A DNA stretch of 64,000 bases from NCBI RefSeq assembly GCF_009914755.1, contig NC_060934.1, one strand, 5' to 3'. Positions 45,397-61,258 of this stretch are shown piece by piece. A program made the position numbers and the translations under genes. The stretch is from the human T2T-CHM13v2.0 reference genome, Homo sapiens. The first letter of the stretch is position 1, and each line of letters begins with the position of its first letter. A model generated the notes under the pieces. The model searched no databases, had not been told where the DNA came from, and saw only the letters and a program-made list of their open reading frames with translations.

Positions 45397-47001
45397 TTAA
45401 AATTTAAGTTTAGAGTTTAGTTTACAGTAAAAGGCTGCTTCAGTCAATGAAATATCTGAAACCAATGAAAAGCAAAATAAAGCATTCTTATATTAGGAAG
45501 GAATATCCTTTTCCTATTATTTAGCAAAGCATCAGCTGGACTGGAGAGAAAAGGCTGAAGCTAAAGATATCAGTAAGGAGCCTACTGTAATCACTGAGCT
45601 GAGAGCTATTGGGCAGGTGAACTTGAGCAATGTCAAGGAACCTAAGGATAAAGATGCCAGGGACACTTTGGAAATGAAATTGACATTGATTTTCAAGTGA
45701 TTGAATGTTGGACACAAGAGGAGTTGATGATAGCACGGAAGCTGCAAATGCAGATGACCAGGGGAATCAGTGTCACACACAGAATGGGAGAGAAGAAGCA
45801 AGAACTGGCGGGGAGGACCGCATTGTGATGAAGGAGCTCAACAGGAGAGTGGAGCTGGGAGCAGAGGTGAGAAGACTGGGTGGAGAGAACCCCAGGTGGT
45901 CCCATGAGTGAAGATGACACTGCTGAAGGAGATAAACAGAAAAATCAGGGGGCCATTGCCAGAATAAAGGAATATTTACTAAGCTATCCCATGCAGGTGT
46001 AATGCCAACTGTTTCACCCTGAGCAGAGCCAAAAGCGCTCCCTGACTTTGGCTGAAAGTTTATAGCTAAGACATGTAAAACGACAGGCTGGAATCCTGGG
46101 GAGGCTAACGAGTGGTACTTTACTCCCTGGCCATAGCTGGCAGGGGACTCTCAGCTCATCATTTTGCAAGATGAAATTCGTTTGTTGCAGGGGTCTTCAA
46201 GCAGAAGCACTTCTTAGAAAATCAATCAAGTCTCCTACTGCTAGCAGGTCAGCAAGCTATCCCTCCTTACTGTGTTAAAAAAAAAAAAAAAAAAAAAAAA
46301 CCCATGCACATTCCCTGACTGTAAATCAATGATTATAAGTCATGAAGGTGAAATATAAGAGATTTTGAAGTATATTTTCAAAGTTGAAAATGTATGTCAC
46401 CTTAGGTGCATGCAACATCTTGCCAACTGAATATGGAACCAGCTGTCCTGCAGAATATAATTTGATGACAAAGTCAATGTTTTTCAGCCATAGCAGAGAG
46501 GAAAGAACATGATGTACAAAAATTATTCAAGTCCTAAGCATTCTATCCTTAATAGAGCCATCAGCAAGTTTATATTTCAATTATACTAACTACCTCTGAC
46601 CTATCACACATAATTCACATTTGCAAAGTTGTGGGTTTAAAAAACATATCTACATGAGCTTGCATGCAGTGCAGACACATTTGGTTTTGATTCTCTTTGA
46701 CCTCCTCCAAGAGTAGTAAAAGATCACCTTTCCCAGGAGATAACATGTAAGTCTGCTCATATATTTCCAAACACAGCATGTGGCTTCAGTCACATGTCTC
46801 TTATTAATGTCAATGGGATCTGTGTAGGTAGGAACTCATGGCCCCAAAACTCCCTGAGGAATTTGGGTGCTGGAAACAACATTAACACAGTGTCTTATTC
46901 TCTACCAGGTCCTGGGAGTCCTGATATTGGTGACTTACTAGGTTATCCATTGACCCAATAAGGCCTTGCCTATCAATGATGCATTTAACATATTAGCACG
47001 T

Positions 47002-47316
47002 TGTCTTAGAGCATTTGTGTTGCTGTGACTGGGTAATTTACAGGAACAGAAACTTATTTCTTACAGTTCTGGAGGCTGGAAAGTCCAAAATCAAGGCGCC
47101 TTGAACACTGTGTCCTCACATGGCAGAAGGCAGAAGGACAAAAAAAAGGGGGTGGGCACAACCCCCTTCCATCAAGCTATTTCACAATCATCTATTTGTG
47201 AGGGTGAGATCCCCACAACCTATACACCTCCCAAAAGACCCCATCTTCCAGCATTGTTGCATTGGGGATGAAGTTTCCAACACATGAATTTTGGGGGACA
47301 CATTCAGACCACAGCA
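47002..47316 (-). mobile_element. MST (C/D-like) MaLR LTR
   Basis: tgtcttag...cagttctggaggctgg...catgaattttgggggacacattcagaccacagca. Confidence 0.8.
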
Positions 47317-48349
47317 CACATTCCAAGAGTTGGAGTGAAGGCTGGGGAAAGCATCTGGAATAGGCTGTTTGCTGTGCGTGCAGGGATTGCTGTCCTAACG
47401 GATTGGAGGGATGGGCCCTGAACAGAGAGGCCTCGTAACTCCACAGTATCAGCCCCACCCAAACAGGTTCAGAGGCCCAGGCAGTAGACAGAAGTCACCT
47501 TACACGTAGAGAGGCACAGGTGGGGATTTTCCAGTTTTCATCTTACAAGGCAGGGGAGAGGGGGACCAAAGGCGCAACTTAAAGGAAACAAATATTTGTG
47601 TGTGTGTGTTTTTAAATCATTTGAGACATGAATCGATTGCCTTGGCTGTCATGTTTCTATACTTCTACAGAAAAAAAAAAAGATCTAAAATGGATATCTG
47701 TATATATTCTCAAAGAAAAGTGAAGAGTGGCCTTAGCTGAGAATGCCTGTATTATTAGTGCCAGGTATATGTATAATTTAAAAATTTCCCTAGTCTTTTC
47801 TTCTTTTTATCTTCCTTTTTCCTCTAGCAAAGACTGTTGAAGCCTCCAGAAAGTATTTGCTGAGCACCTACCACAGCGAGGTGCTGTTTCAGCCCTGGCG
47901 ACAGAGCAGCAGACAAGACGGGGGGGTCCCTTTTCTCACTGACTGGCGACTAAAGAGACAAGGACAGTGGCCCACAAAGAGCAGGGCCACGCCGAGAATT
48001 CAAACAATGTTCTAATTGCTGTGTTGAAAGAGGATGGTCAAGTGGCTCCTTTAGACGGGGCAGACAGAGGCCTCTCTGAGGAGATGCCGGCAGGGCCAGG
48101 GAAGGGAGTAGCACCCAGGAAGGATGGATGGCGGGGCCAGGGCAGGACGGGGGTGCCCTGGGCAGGATGGGCAGTTCAGGCCCCATCCAGGGGTTGGGTG
48201 TCAAGCTTTTCTTGGGGCTGGGTCTGGAGAGGGTAGGACGCTTGTCCACGCCCCACAGCTCTTTGGTGACAGAGCCAGGATGAGAACTAGGTCTCCTCTT
48301 CCCTGCTCTCCACATTGGCTCCAGGTGGCTAGCCCATCCTCTCCTTGTT

Positions 48350-48394
48350 ATGTGTGTGTGTGTGTGCGTGCGCGCGTGTGTGTGTCTGTGTGTG
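48350..48394. repeat. (TG)n/(CG)n alternating purine-pyrimidine tract
   Basis: tgtgtgtgtgtgtgtgcgtgcgcgcgtgtgtgtg. Confidence 0.9.
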
Positions 48395-48829
48395 TTCTTT
48401 TTACCCCAAGTCAATTCTCTTACCCTTGACTTCGTTCTTAGCTTAACGCCTCACAGCTTCCTTCAAGCTATCCTTTAAATTTTTCCAGATCACCATCCTA
48501 CCTGTGTCAGCATGTCCTTCTAGCTCTTACAGTCAAACGCAACTCTTGCGGAGGCTCCATGTAAGAACAGACAGATCATAGTCCAAGGGTATGACCACAG
48601 TGTAGATGAAGGCTGCTGACCCCGGAAGAGGAGGGCTGGGGGGCCCATGCCAGGTGCTCAGGGGGCGATGGCAATGTGGGGCTGCTCTGCCGCATGCCAA
48701 ATGCTTACGGGTTTTCTGTGTCTCATCCGCAGGAAGCACAACCCTCGCTCTCATCCCCGAGTCTGACATTGGATTATCAGTGGCCTCTGAACTTTATGGC
48801 CACGAACCCCATTGGTAAATGGTGAGCCT

Positions 48830-49235
48830 GATAGTAGACACGGCTATGCCCTGCCCAGATCCCAGCTGCTGCGAATGTTGGCTGCCAGCAGCTGCCCCTT
48901 TTGCTGGAGCGCTGCCCTAGGCTCACCTGGGAGGTTACAAGGCACACCTGAGCACCCCGGCCCCACCATCGTGGGAGCAGCTCACAGCCAGTGTATGATT
49001 AGGGCAGTGCAAGAGGCCGGTCCACTTCTTCCTGAGGAGACCTCCACCATTCCTCTGGGGTGCGATGTCTGCTCCCGAGCTCCCTGCAGGGTCGGGCTGA
49101 GGCCACAGCCTTGCTTAGGTCCTTCCCCTGCTCTGGTCCTGTTCCCACACTCTTTTCCTGAGAGAATGCCCTCAATACATCGCTTGTCCAAGAATCCAGG
49201 TCTGGTTCTGCACCTAGGAAATCTGACCTAAGACA
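48830..49235 (+). mobile_element. LTR16-like ERVL LTR
   Basis: gccctgcccagatccc...gagctccctgcagggtcgggctgaggcc...ctaggaaatctgacctaagaca. Confidence 0.75.
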
Positions 49236-49348
49236 AGCGCAAGCATGCTTCCCGGCCAGTGCGTGTGCGGTTGTTTATTTACATGTTAAATACATGTACA
49301 ACTCCCACCAGGCGATAAATATCAAAGCTTAGTATACACTTAGGCTGA

Positions 49349-49821
<473 letters not shown>

Positions 49822-50122
49822 ACAACTTTTTTTAAAGCCACTTGTCATGTTGTGAGGGTCTATCTAGTTAAAAGTGTAAATCTACTTAACCTGGGGGTGA
49901 GGGAGCCTCGGATGTCTTACACTGCATTGTACACTCGATGGTCTGTTATCCTGCAGCCTGTGGGTGTCAATGCTAATCTTTATAACAAAAATTAGTGAAT
50001 GTAATTTCTCCTATTTTTCCAGATACAAATTACCATAAGAGAATTTCTAGTAAGTCCTGCTGTGCACCAGTGAGGTGTCTGGGCATCTTTGTTCTGGAGA
50101 TCACAGGTTTTCAAAAGTGGTG

Positions 50123-50250
50123 GGGCCACGCATGGTGGTGCATGCCTGTCATCCCAGCTACTTGGGAAGGTGAGGCAGGAGGATCCTTAGTGTCCAGCTA
50201 TTCAAGTCCAGCCTGGGCAAGACAGCAATATCCTGTCTCTTAAAAAAATA
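50123..50250 (+). mobile_element. Alu monomer (FLAM-like)
   Basis: gcatggtggtgcatgcctgtcatcccagctacttgg...ccagcctgggcaa. Confidence 0.8.
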
Positions 50251-50399
50251 AGTAGGCAACAATGTATACTTCAAAACATCATGTTGTACATGACAAATAT
50301 GTACAATTTTATCTGTCATTTATAAAAAGAAAAAATTACTTGGATGTATATCAAGAATGTGTTATATCTTTGAATAAAGATTTATAAAAAGAAAAAAGT

Positions 50400-50900
50400 G
50401 GTAGGCACTTCTAGGTATATATCCTACAGAAATGCAAGCATATATGCTCCAAAAATGTATAAAAGAATGCTTAAAACCTATTTGTTATAGCCAACATTCT
50501 GGAAATAACCCAAATGTCCATCACTAGTAGAATGGCTAAATTGTGGCAGTTACACAATGGAATACTAGACAGCAATGAGAATGAATGAAATCCTACATGA
50601 GCAAAGGTACAGGGAGTCTTGCAAACAGAATATTGAGTAAAGGGATCCTGACGTGAAAGACAGCCTGCTGTATGTTCCATTTATACAGAGTTCAAAGAGA
50701 GGCAGATTCACCATGGGGCTAGAGCCTGAACGGAGACGCCCTTTGTGGAGGGCGGTGAGTGGGATGATGGCCGTGTTCTCTACCTTGGCCTGGAGGTGGG
50801 ATTGGGTACGTTCGCTTTGTAGAAATTCATTGAGCTCATACACTTGTAAACATAAGTGTGCATTTTTCTGCATGCATGTTATCTATTTTTTAAGTTTACT
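50400..50900 (+). mobile_element. Old L1ME-like 3' fragment
   Basis: cacttctaggtatatatcct...ctggaaataacccaaatgtccatca...caatggaatacta. Confidence 0.65.
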
Positions 50901-51219
50901 TTTTAAAAGGTGGGTAAAATCAAAGATTTCCCCAAAATGTTCCTCTCTAGAAACTTAGGAGTAGGAATAAATTTCCAAGGTGGTTGTGGGGGGATGGCGG
51001 GGGACTCCAGCACGCTGCCTCCTTCTTAACCAAGCTGGCCACTGTGTTGTTGTCTGATGCCGAGTCCATCTGCCTTTCACCTGGTGTGACTCCACCTTGG
51101 CATATGCGGTTATTTCCAGTGTCGTGTCTACACACTCATCGGCCTGTAGAATCCTAGAGAAGTGGGAAGGTGGATGTTCTAGCATCTTCTTTAGGGACTG
51201 GGGCGTTGAGGAGCAGGGA

Positions 51220-51524
51220 TTTTTGTTTTTTTGTTTTGTTTTGTTTGAGACAGAGTCTCACTCTATCACCAGGCTGGAGTGCAGTGGTGCGATCTCGGCT
51301 CACTTTAACCTCCACCTCTCGGGTTCAATAGATTCTACGCCTCATCCTCCCGAGTAGCTGGGACTACAGGCACGCACCACCACACCCAGCTAATTTTTGT
51401 ATTTTTAGTTGAGATGGGGTTTCACCATGTTGGCCAGGATGGTCTCGATCTCTTGACCTCGTGATCCACCTGCCTCGGCCTCCCAAAGTGTTGGGATGAC
51501 AGGTGTGAGCCACCACACCTGACC
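51220..51524 (-). mobile_element. AluSc-like
   Basis: Antisense Alu; gatggtctcgatctcttgacctcgtga. Confidence 0.9.
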
Positions 51525-51638
51525 GGAGTAGGAACTTTCTTAAGGGCACAAAGCCAGTGAATGGCTCAGGACTAAGAGCGGGTAATGCCTGGCCCTGTCC
51601 TCATTGCGCGAGGTTGCGAGAACCAAACTGCCTTTTGA

Positions 51639-52120
<482 letters not shown>

Positions 52121-52382
52121 GAAGATTTGTTAAAAAGACATTTCTTTCCTGCGTTTGCATCACGTTCACTTTGTGTTTTTGTACTTACAATCCAGGAGGC
52201 AGCATTCCAGAAAGGAAAATGCCGGTGTATGAAGAATCCAGTGACTCCCTCAGCTAAATTCACATCACACGAAGAGGCAGCTTGTTCAGAGGGCTTGGAG
52301 GGCCAGCTTGTGAAACCCACATGACCGTGGAAATAGCATGTTAAAAATCCTCTAGGAAAACCAGGGAAATAGGCATTGCAAC

Positions 52383-52383
<1 letters not shown>

Positions 52384-52418
<35 letters not shown>

Positions 52419-52713
52419 TTTGAGAAAGGTCTCGCTCTGTCACACAGGTTGAGTGCAGTGAGGCAATCACAGCTCACCCTAGCCTCCATCTCCCAAGCTC
52501 AAGCAATCCTCCTGCCTCAGCCTCCTGAGTAGCGGGACTACAGGTGCAGGCATTACCACACCCAGCTGATTTTTCAAAAATTGGTTTTATTTGTAGTAGA
52601 GACGAGGTCTCGCTGTTAACCCAGGCTGGTCTCGAACTCTTGAGCTCAAGTGATCCTCTTGCCTCAGCCTCCCAAAGTGCTGGGATTACAGGCGTGAGCC
52701 ACCACACTCAACC
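52384..52713 (-). mobile_element. AluJ with a (TG)n tract at its tail
   Basis: Antisense Alu preceded by a (GT)n run. Confidence 0.9.
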
Positions 52714-53800
52714 AGCAACATGTTTTAAATGCTTTCCTCACTGATTTTTTTTTTTTAACCATGATTTCTTGGTCCGTGCTGGTCTCCATGTAGCCCCTCA
52801 TCTGACCCCTCAGAGTCCACAGAGCTGTCTTCATGGCACCTGTCCTGAGGCTTGTTCTGGTGGGACCCTCTGCATTTCTGCCGGGCCTCCCCCTCAGACT
52901 GGATTCTCCCCATGGGAAAGGCTTAGGATTTGGGCACATTCCACCCTAGACCTCTGGGGAAAGCAGCAGACCAACTTCGCGGGTTGTGAAAAACCATCCG
53001 GGCTGGTCGATTGTGTTTCCAGCGGGCTCCACATCTATCCTGAGAGGTGAGTATGTGGCTCCCTCTCCCCTGTGGCAGGGAAATGGTGGAGACTCCTCAG
53101 ACCATCCATCCTTCCAGCCATGGTAACTTGCCACCAGTATTTAATGTTATGTCTGGGGTTGCCAGACAGAAAGCTGTTTGCAGACAATAGCATGCCAGCC
53201 ACACAAGCAGACCTTCAGCAAGATGCCCCATTTGGCCAGTTCAGCCGCAGCACCCATGACCTTCTTTCAAGTTCTCTATATTTCAGCCAAATTAAACCTC
53301 ATGCTGTTCCCAACACATGCCCTGTCTTTTTATCTCTGCGCAGGGCTATATTCCTCTGCCGGGAACACTCTGGGCCTCTTTCTTTCCTAAAATTGACCTG
53401 AGGTCAAAGATCAGCTGTCTCAGGAGACCTCTTTGCCTTCAATTAGAGACCAGCCCTTCTTCCTAAGAACATCCATAGGATTAATCTGAACTCTTAGATC
53501 CCTTCTCATTCCAGCTCATGGTTTTGAGTCAATCCTCTGAGACTCTGAACTCCTGAAGAGCAAAGAGCATGATGCTCCCACCTCTGAATCCCCAGTAGTG
53601 CTGTATGTTCCTGTATTCATGGTTTCATTCCATCAACACACATTTACTGGCACTGCTTCAAAAAGCCCTTTCCTGACCACCTTGTCCAAAATGGGCTTTT
53701 GTACCACTGAGCACAATCAAACATCCTTTTTTTATTTATTCTTTTACTTGTAAATTCCCTCTCTCCCTAGAATGCAATTCCAATCTGTCTTGTTCACATC

Positions 53801-54177
53801 TATATTAGTCTATTCTCACATTGCTATAAAGAACTACCTGAGATTGGATAATTTATAAAGAAAAGAGGTTTAATTGACTCACAGTTCTGCAGTCTTAACA
53901 GGAAGCATGGCTGGGAGGCCTCAGGAAACTTACAATCACGGCAGAAGGGAAAGCAAGCGCATGTTACCACAGCGGAGCAGGAGAGAGAGCACTTGAAGGG
54001 GGAGGTGCCATACTTTTGAACCATCAGATCTCGTGAGAATTCATTCAGTTTCATAAGAACAGCAAGGGGGAAACTGTCCCCATGATCCAATCACCTCCCA
54101 CCAGGACCCTCCCCTCACATGTGGGGATTACAATTCAACATGAGATTTGGGTGGGGACACAGAGCCAAACCATACCA
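53801..54177 (-). mobile_element. MSTA-like MaLR solo LTR, inserted in an L2 remnant
   Basis: tattagtc...aggaagcatggctgggaggcctcaggaaacttacaatca...ggggacacagagccaaaccata; TSD ac(a/c)tc. Confidence 0.88.
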
Positions 54178-55813
54178 ACCTCAGCGACAAGTATAATACT
54201 TAGCATAGAGTAGGTGCTCAGATAGCTGTGGATGAAGGTATCAGTTAAGGAATGAATGCATGGAGCATATAGGTGTGACTTGGGTTTTGCACAGAGCTTT
54301 CAAACAGCAAGCAGGTTGAGAGCCCCAGGCCTCTATGAGAGTGGTTAATCTGTGACCCAAGATGTGTGGGGTTAGTATTAGGTCTGTGTGCCCACAGCAT
54401 ACCCTGGCACCACCCTCCTTGCCTGCCCATTGGAATGGGCATGTTCTGCCATCGGGTGATATGGTAATTCTCTGCAAACGTCATTGTGCACTCATCTCCA
54501 TATGCAAGTCCCAATTCAAATGAGAGGAACAGCACGACTCATGCATTTGGGCCTGCACTTAAATGCCTTATGAGCTTCAAGGAAAAGCATCAGTCTCATA
54601 AAATTTAGGAAGAGTTAACAGAAATTAAGAGTGAGTAAAGCAAAATAGCAGTGATATCTTCCTAATGATGTTCAGCCTCACTTCACCCTCCTGAACATTT
54701 TCAAGGATCTGTGGCCATGTGAAACCCTGAAGGGAAGGGAACTTTTATTCCACATGCCACTTGGATGGCATCGAGAGCTCTTTTCTGCACTTGCAGAGAT
54801 TTATTTGCAAGGCTTTTCCCTCCTTTAGGATCTCAATTAGGGGCAAGTGGACTATTCCCAGGGTGAAGTGTGTTCAGCATGTAGAAAAACGCCTTTGTGT
54901 CGGTTAGTAGAATGTCCTACCATTTGCGAAATGAATTTACGAGGAAAAGTCCAAATTAAATAGGGATTACACTGATCCCTTTTAAGAATTTTCAATTCAT
55001 ATTGGCGCATTCTATTTTCTGGTGTGTGAGCACTAAACCAAAAACAGTCCTGCCTCAAGTGCTGGGATCTACATACCCATTAGGCCAGGAATTCATTATG
55101 CAAAGCAGCTGTTCTACCAACAGCCAAGTGTCCCAAGACAATTCCCCTCACATGTGCTTCTCCTGCTGGGAGGCACGTCAACCCCCCGCTGTGCACGAGC
55201 TCCTTTATTTGCTCCTGTCTCTTGCTGCTCATTTGGCAGCAGGTGACCGCGAAGGTGCCTGCCTAGGCACAGACATCCACGCAAGCACCACCTTCACCTC
55301 TGGGAACACTCCCCAAGCACCTATTCCTCTCACTTCCACCTGTCTGTTTCAAGGAAACAAAAGAGCAGGCAGAACAAAGGGTGCATTTCTTAGAGATTAT
55401 CTTTAGTAGCTGCACATTCAAAAGCAGACAGACTGGTATTTTCCTAGGGTTACAAAGGAAAACTCACTTCTATACCTCACGTTTACCACTCTTCTGCACG
55501 AGTGTTTCTGTTGTTCTTAATGCGTTCGGAGCCTGCAAAGCTTGATATGGTCTAGTTAGGACTCGCTCCTTGGGAAAGCTTCCTAGATATTTCCAGGGAG
55601 TCCCGAGCAGCTCCAGGAGCAGGCCCTGCCTGAGGTCCCGGTTGCTGGGATTCAGCCTCCACACAACACATGGTGTTTTCTCTAGCAGGTTTCTCCAACG
55701 AGTCCGGCCTTTCTTTGGCTCCCTTAACTGAGACCAACACACACCATTCCTATGACCCCAGTTGCGTGGTTGGTTTTCTAGAACCTTATGAAAGAAATGC
55801 AATGGTAGGAAAT

Positions 55814-56112
<299 letters not shown>

Positions 56113-57802
56113 AGGGATCCTGATATTATACACAAGGTGCTAGTTAGGAGGTGACATCTGATAGGGACCCAGAAGGTTAGGTCACACTTAAAGGGGAGGG
56201 AGCATGACTGGGGAGGAAACAGACCTGGCGAAGATCAAGAAATAGGAAAGAAAGACCTGAGACAGCAGTGTATAGAAGGAGGATATAGGGGAAAGGTTGG
56301 CAGGAAAGTCTGGGCTTGCCAGGTGGGCTAGTTTAGCTTTCAATGGGCAGGCTGAGGAGCTGGCTGAGGTTAGGCCGGGGAGAGACAGATCTGCTGGCTG
56401 CTGCATTGGGCAGGTGAGCCTGGTGGCGTCTGCATAACAGGATTGGGATGGCCGCTGGTTGAAAGCCTGCTGCAATAATCCAAATAAAACACACCCAGGG
56501 CTGCCCCAGCCCAGTAAGTCTGGAAAGATAGAGAATAACGTGGGAGACTGGGATGCATCAGACACGGGATCCCATAACTAGATCATGCATTGGCAGAAAT
56601 TCCTGCTTCAATGAAGACCTCCCCTCACAATTGCCTTAGTTAGCTACAGAAGAATTCATTCAAAGGCAACCCAAATCTGGAAAAAAATCAAAGATGTGGG
56701 AAATGGGAAATATAATTCATACATTTATTTGCTATAAATATAATTATGTCAAAATGTTTTCTATCAAAAACATTGGCCCAATGGACCAATGCTAAGAAGT
56801 TTAAAAAAAAAAAAAAAAAAAAAAAAAGCAAAGCGGCTTCTTCTGCCCCCTGGTGGCTTTTGGGGAAAAGTCACTGAAAGGGCAGAAAGAGCAAAGGGGA
56901 CCAGTTTCTCTCCACTTTGTACCCAAGGGTCAACTGAGCACGCAACACCCTTAAAAATAAGGGAGAAGTGCAGAGGGCTTGCTCCCCTCCCGCGCCAGCT
57001 CTCTCTCGGTCAAGGTTGGGCCACAGCCAGTGTCTCCTCCACTAGATCCGAGCCAGTGGCTCTGCCCAGGTGGACAGCAGAGTCGCCGCTGAGATTCTAA
57101 CTGCTTCCATCGGGGCTCTCGGAGCAGCTGTTGGAACAGGATGGGGAGCAGAGCAATTCTGACAGTGTCAGGAAAACATCCCCCTGGCTTCCCCGTGCCC
57201 AGGCTTGAAGACCCAGGGGCTGGATACACAGCCACGGACACAACAGAATTCACTTTTAATGAGGCTTCAGAAAACAACGTTTAACTATATAAACACCTGT
57301 TTTTGGAAAATGCTGCAGATCTATTTCCAAATACTGTCTTCCAGCCCACTCTCGCTCCCACTGAGGCAGCATCCCACGGGACCCAACGTCACCACTTTTC
57401 CAGTCCAAAAAATGTGCTTTCGATGTCCTGATTTGAGGCTGCTCTTCCTCTAACCTGTGCGGCTCTGTGAAAAGCCAATTTTAAGATGCGATGCCTCCTC
57501 CAGAATTCGCCTGTATGCAGAAGAATGATGCAGAAGGAGGCAGAAAAGCCGGAGCAGTTGGGGGCAAGATGAAAACAGTCTAGTCATTATCAGTTAAACT
57601 GTAACTGCGTGCGGCAGCGTGCTGAGCGAGACAATCAGCAGAGCCCGTGAAATGTTGCTGGTTTTCCAGATAGCCCGTTTAGTTTTGTCTCAAACAAAAC
57701 AAACAAAAATGTGCATAATTGTACCCAGGTCTCAAGCCCGTTTTATTTCTCCATTATACCAAGGAAAACTTGAATGGTGGCCCCACTGGAGTGAGGCTCC
57801 CG

Positions 57803-57858
57803 TGAATATGAATAATTGTTCATGAATATGAATAATGGGTTCCTATGAATAATTGTTT
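57803..57858. repeat. Short degenerate tandem repeat (~20 bp x 3)
   Basis: tgaatatgaataattgttca / tgaatatgaataatgggttcc / tatgaataattgttt. Confidence 0.85.
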
Positions 57859-60215
57859 ATCCACATTCGATTAGAGAGCAGCAGCCATTAGCATCTTTTT
57901 AGCCTTCTGACATTAGGGTCTTCTTTGTGAGCAGGTATTTAAAATGGATTCAATTCCACGGTCTTGAAGGCCTGTTCCGATATCGTGAATTTTGCAGATA
58001 ACTGTAATTTATCCTGTAAGAGAACCTTTTGATTGCTTTAACTATGAAATATTTCCATTGCATTATACATTTGCTTATAATAGAGTATAGGAAATGTATT
58101 TTAACCATTTCCTGGACAATTCAACATTGTCATTACCAAAGTCAACTCTCCGACTGGCCTGAAACTACCCTGTTGTTTAGATAACCTTAGCTAAGTAGAG
58201 TTTACTCCACCTTTTTTCTGTAATGTTTGTTAAAACTTGAATCTTGTGACCTTTCTTTTTTGGTTGATACGTGCTTTGATCAAGATATAACGGGCTGAAG
58301 AACAGCAGCGAGGCTGCGTGCTGAGCTGTCTACACCTGCAAATCTCATCAACTCCTATCAGCTGGGCAGCAGGTTGCCCAGTTCACCACTCCTGATGAGG
58401 AAGCTGAAGTTTGCTGAACTTCCTTCTGGCACTAACGTCACACACTTCATAGCGCTCCTAGGACTTGAACTTAGTCTGGTTTGCCTTCCAAGTCCAGATT
58501 CTCCAAAACATTTTTTCTTTTTCTTTTAACTTACTAAGTAGGTGAATAAAAGGATGCGGGTGCTTGCTGGGGGAATGTGGCCAGAAGGTTGCTCCCGGTC
58601 TGATGTCAGCGCTCCCTACCCACGGTTGTCCACAGGGCACGGGTGGAATGCTGTCGGCCATGCACAGGGAGAGCTGGTCAGGGTAAAATGTGCAACCTTC
58701 CATTAGCACGTTGTTTCCAGTTCACTTTTTCCTTTTACTTTGGTGCCAAAAATTTCTTCAGAGAAACATCTCCACAAAGCCCCATGCTCTTTCTCCTATA
58801 CCACATAGCCCTAATGGCGCTCCCAGGAATAAGGCAGGAGATTTGGTGCATGAATTCCAGCCCATTCTAGCTGCTAAGCGGTGATTGTGTTTCCTTCCTT
58901 TCTGCCTTTTCTATGTTCCAGATGGTGAAGTGGCCAGATAAGCAGCCTACAGATAAGTGAGGTCTACAATTCATCACACACCGATAATGCTGACATATAA
59001 CAGTTTCCGTATCTTTACAAAGGCAATAAATGGGTAAGAGAAATGAATAACACTCATTAGAATAAGGCCAAACTAGTCTCCAGATTTTCCCTTTAAACTT
59101 CGCTCCTTTAGTTCCAAACTTTCCCAACAGAATAATTAGTGACTTTATCAGAAATATTAAATACTTCAAGCATAATCACCAGCTGCTGTAGATGCAGAAG
59201 CATTAATTGCATACTGCTGGCCACACACTGATTATTTTCCTGGCTTTGTTAGTAAAATAACAAATAGAATTGCAACGTGGCTCAAGAACAGGCAGAAACC
59301 AGGAAGACTGGAAGTAGTCATTCGTACTTTCTGCAGGCGCTGCCCTTCATTCTTGCACAGAACTCCCATGGCCACTGCCCGTCAGCAGGGGCCCCTTCCA
59401 ATCTCCCACCCCCACAAGCTCTGCCCAAGGGGATCAGCAACCAATTTTTGGTGAAGCAAGTCCAGACCAACCTCCCCATATCTAAATGAAATGCCTCCAC
59501 TGAAATTCCATATGATCTATGGATTGAGACATTGACACGCAGCTTGGGTTAGAAGTAGGCTGGGAAAAAACCCTAGTAATCAAAATTGCCCTAAAAAATG
59601 CAATAAAGGAATAAAACATCTCCAAAAGGCAGAGCCATAAATCTTTCCAATCTTTCTTCTGGGCTGATTTAATCATGTGTACTATCCACCAGCTGTATGT
59701 TAACCAGTATAAGGGAGATGTTATGATGAGTATTTATTTTCTCCCACCTTTCTTTTGCAGAGTTAGGTCACTGAAGATTTTTGAGTAGACTTGTTTTGTA
59801 AGATGCATGAACATCCTTTGATTGCTATAGATTCAGAGATTGTTATTGATAAAGTTTTTTATTTGGATAAAATAAATATGCAACTAGAAAACTAGAAACC
59901 TGGAAGAAAATTTAAGATGCAATATTTGAAAGTGGAAATAAAAGAACAGGAATCCTGTGTAAATATTTCTGAATTAATCTTTCAGTCATTCAAATTGTTC
60001 TTTAAGGAAGCAGCATCTCTGTACATAGCTTAACTGTAAATCTAAATGGAACAGTTATCTTAGGAAACTGATATAGTAATGAGATGCTACAAACGCACAT
60101 AGGCATAGCTGCACTTAAATCAAACGTGGGACTAGATTGCACAATGGGAATTACATATGAGAAACCGCAAAGTGTCAAAGGAAGTTGCCCACAAACAAAT
60201 GTTCCCCTGTCATAG

Positions 60216-60573
<358 letters not shown>

Positions 60574-61258
60574 CGAATTTAAATTTTAATTGAATTAGAC
60601 ATATGTGGCTAAAGCTACCTTATTGTACAGGGCAGCCTTAGCAGTTTGTGTCATTCCTACCATAATCATAAATCCAAACCCTTTATCAAGTTGATTCCGT
60701 GAATCAAAACTGAGACATCCTACCATTACTAGGGAGATTTCACTGCGTACATGCTCTCTTGCTGTATGTACATATGTGTGTACAGTATTTGCCTTAAAGG
60801 TCAGTAAAGTAACTCACATCAGCAACAGTTAACTTCCAAAGTACAGTCTGGCCACCTCTCGATATTTTAAAATATTCTGGACAAATATGTAGAACTGTTG
60901 ACATACGACTGAGCTAAAAGCCTTAAGCTCTGAATTCACAAACCTAAAATGCTGTTTTTCTTGTTTCACGATCAAAAAGCTCCAATAGTTGAGAGATGCT
61001 ATTCAGATTCACTGAATACTGAACTAACAAAGTGTGATGAATTGGATTTCATGAAGTATTCATGAGTTTTCATTTAACATTAATTAAATTTTTAAAAACC
61101 TTATGTTAAATAATTTTAAGACCCTGGCACAGACTGACAAGCATGGAAAATTAAGGTTCAGAAGAAAATTTCATTCAAAATCACAATTGAATAATATGTT
61201 GGGAGTACATTTATATATATAAATACATACACGTGTAAACACACACACACACGCACAA

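Noticed and set aside
47950-49231. Cluster of 100-154 aa ORFs in a GC-rich region
   Set aside because: They overlap a microsatellite and an LTR16-like element; no coding signature
57803-57858. Possible CRISPR-like repeat
   Set aside because: Human DNA, degenerate adjacent units with no unique spacers and no cas genes
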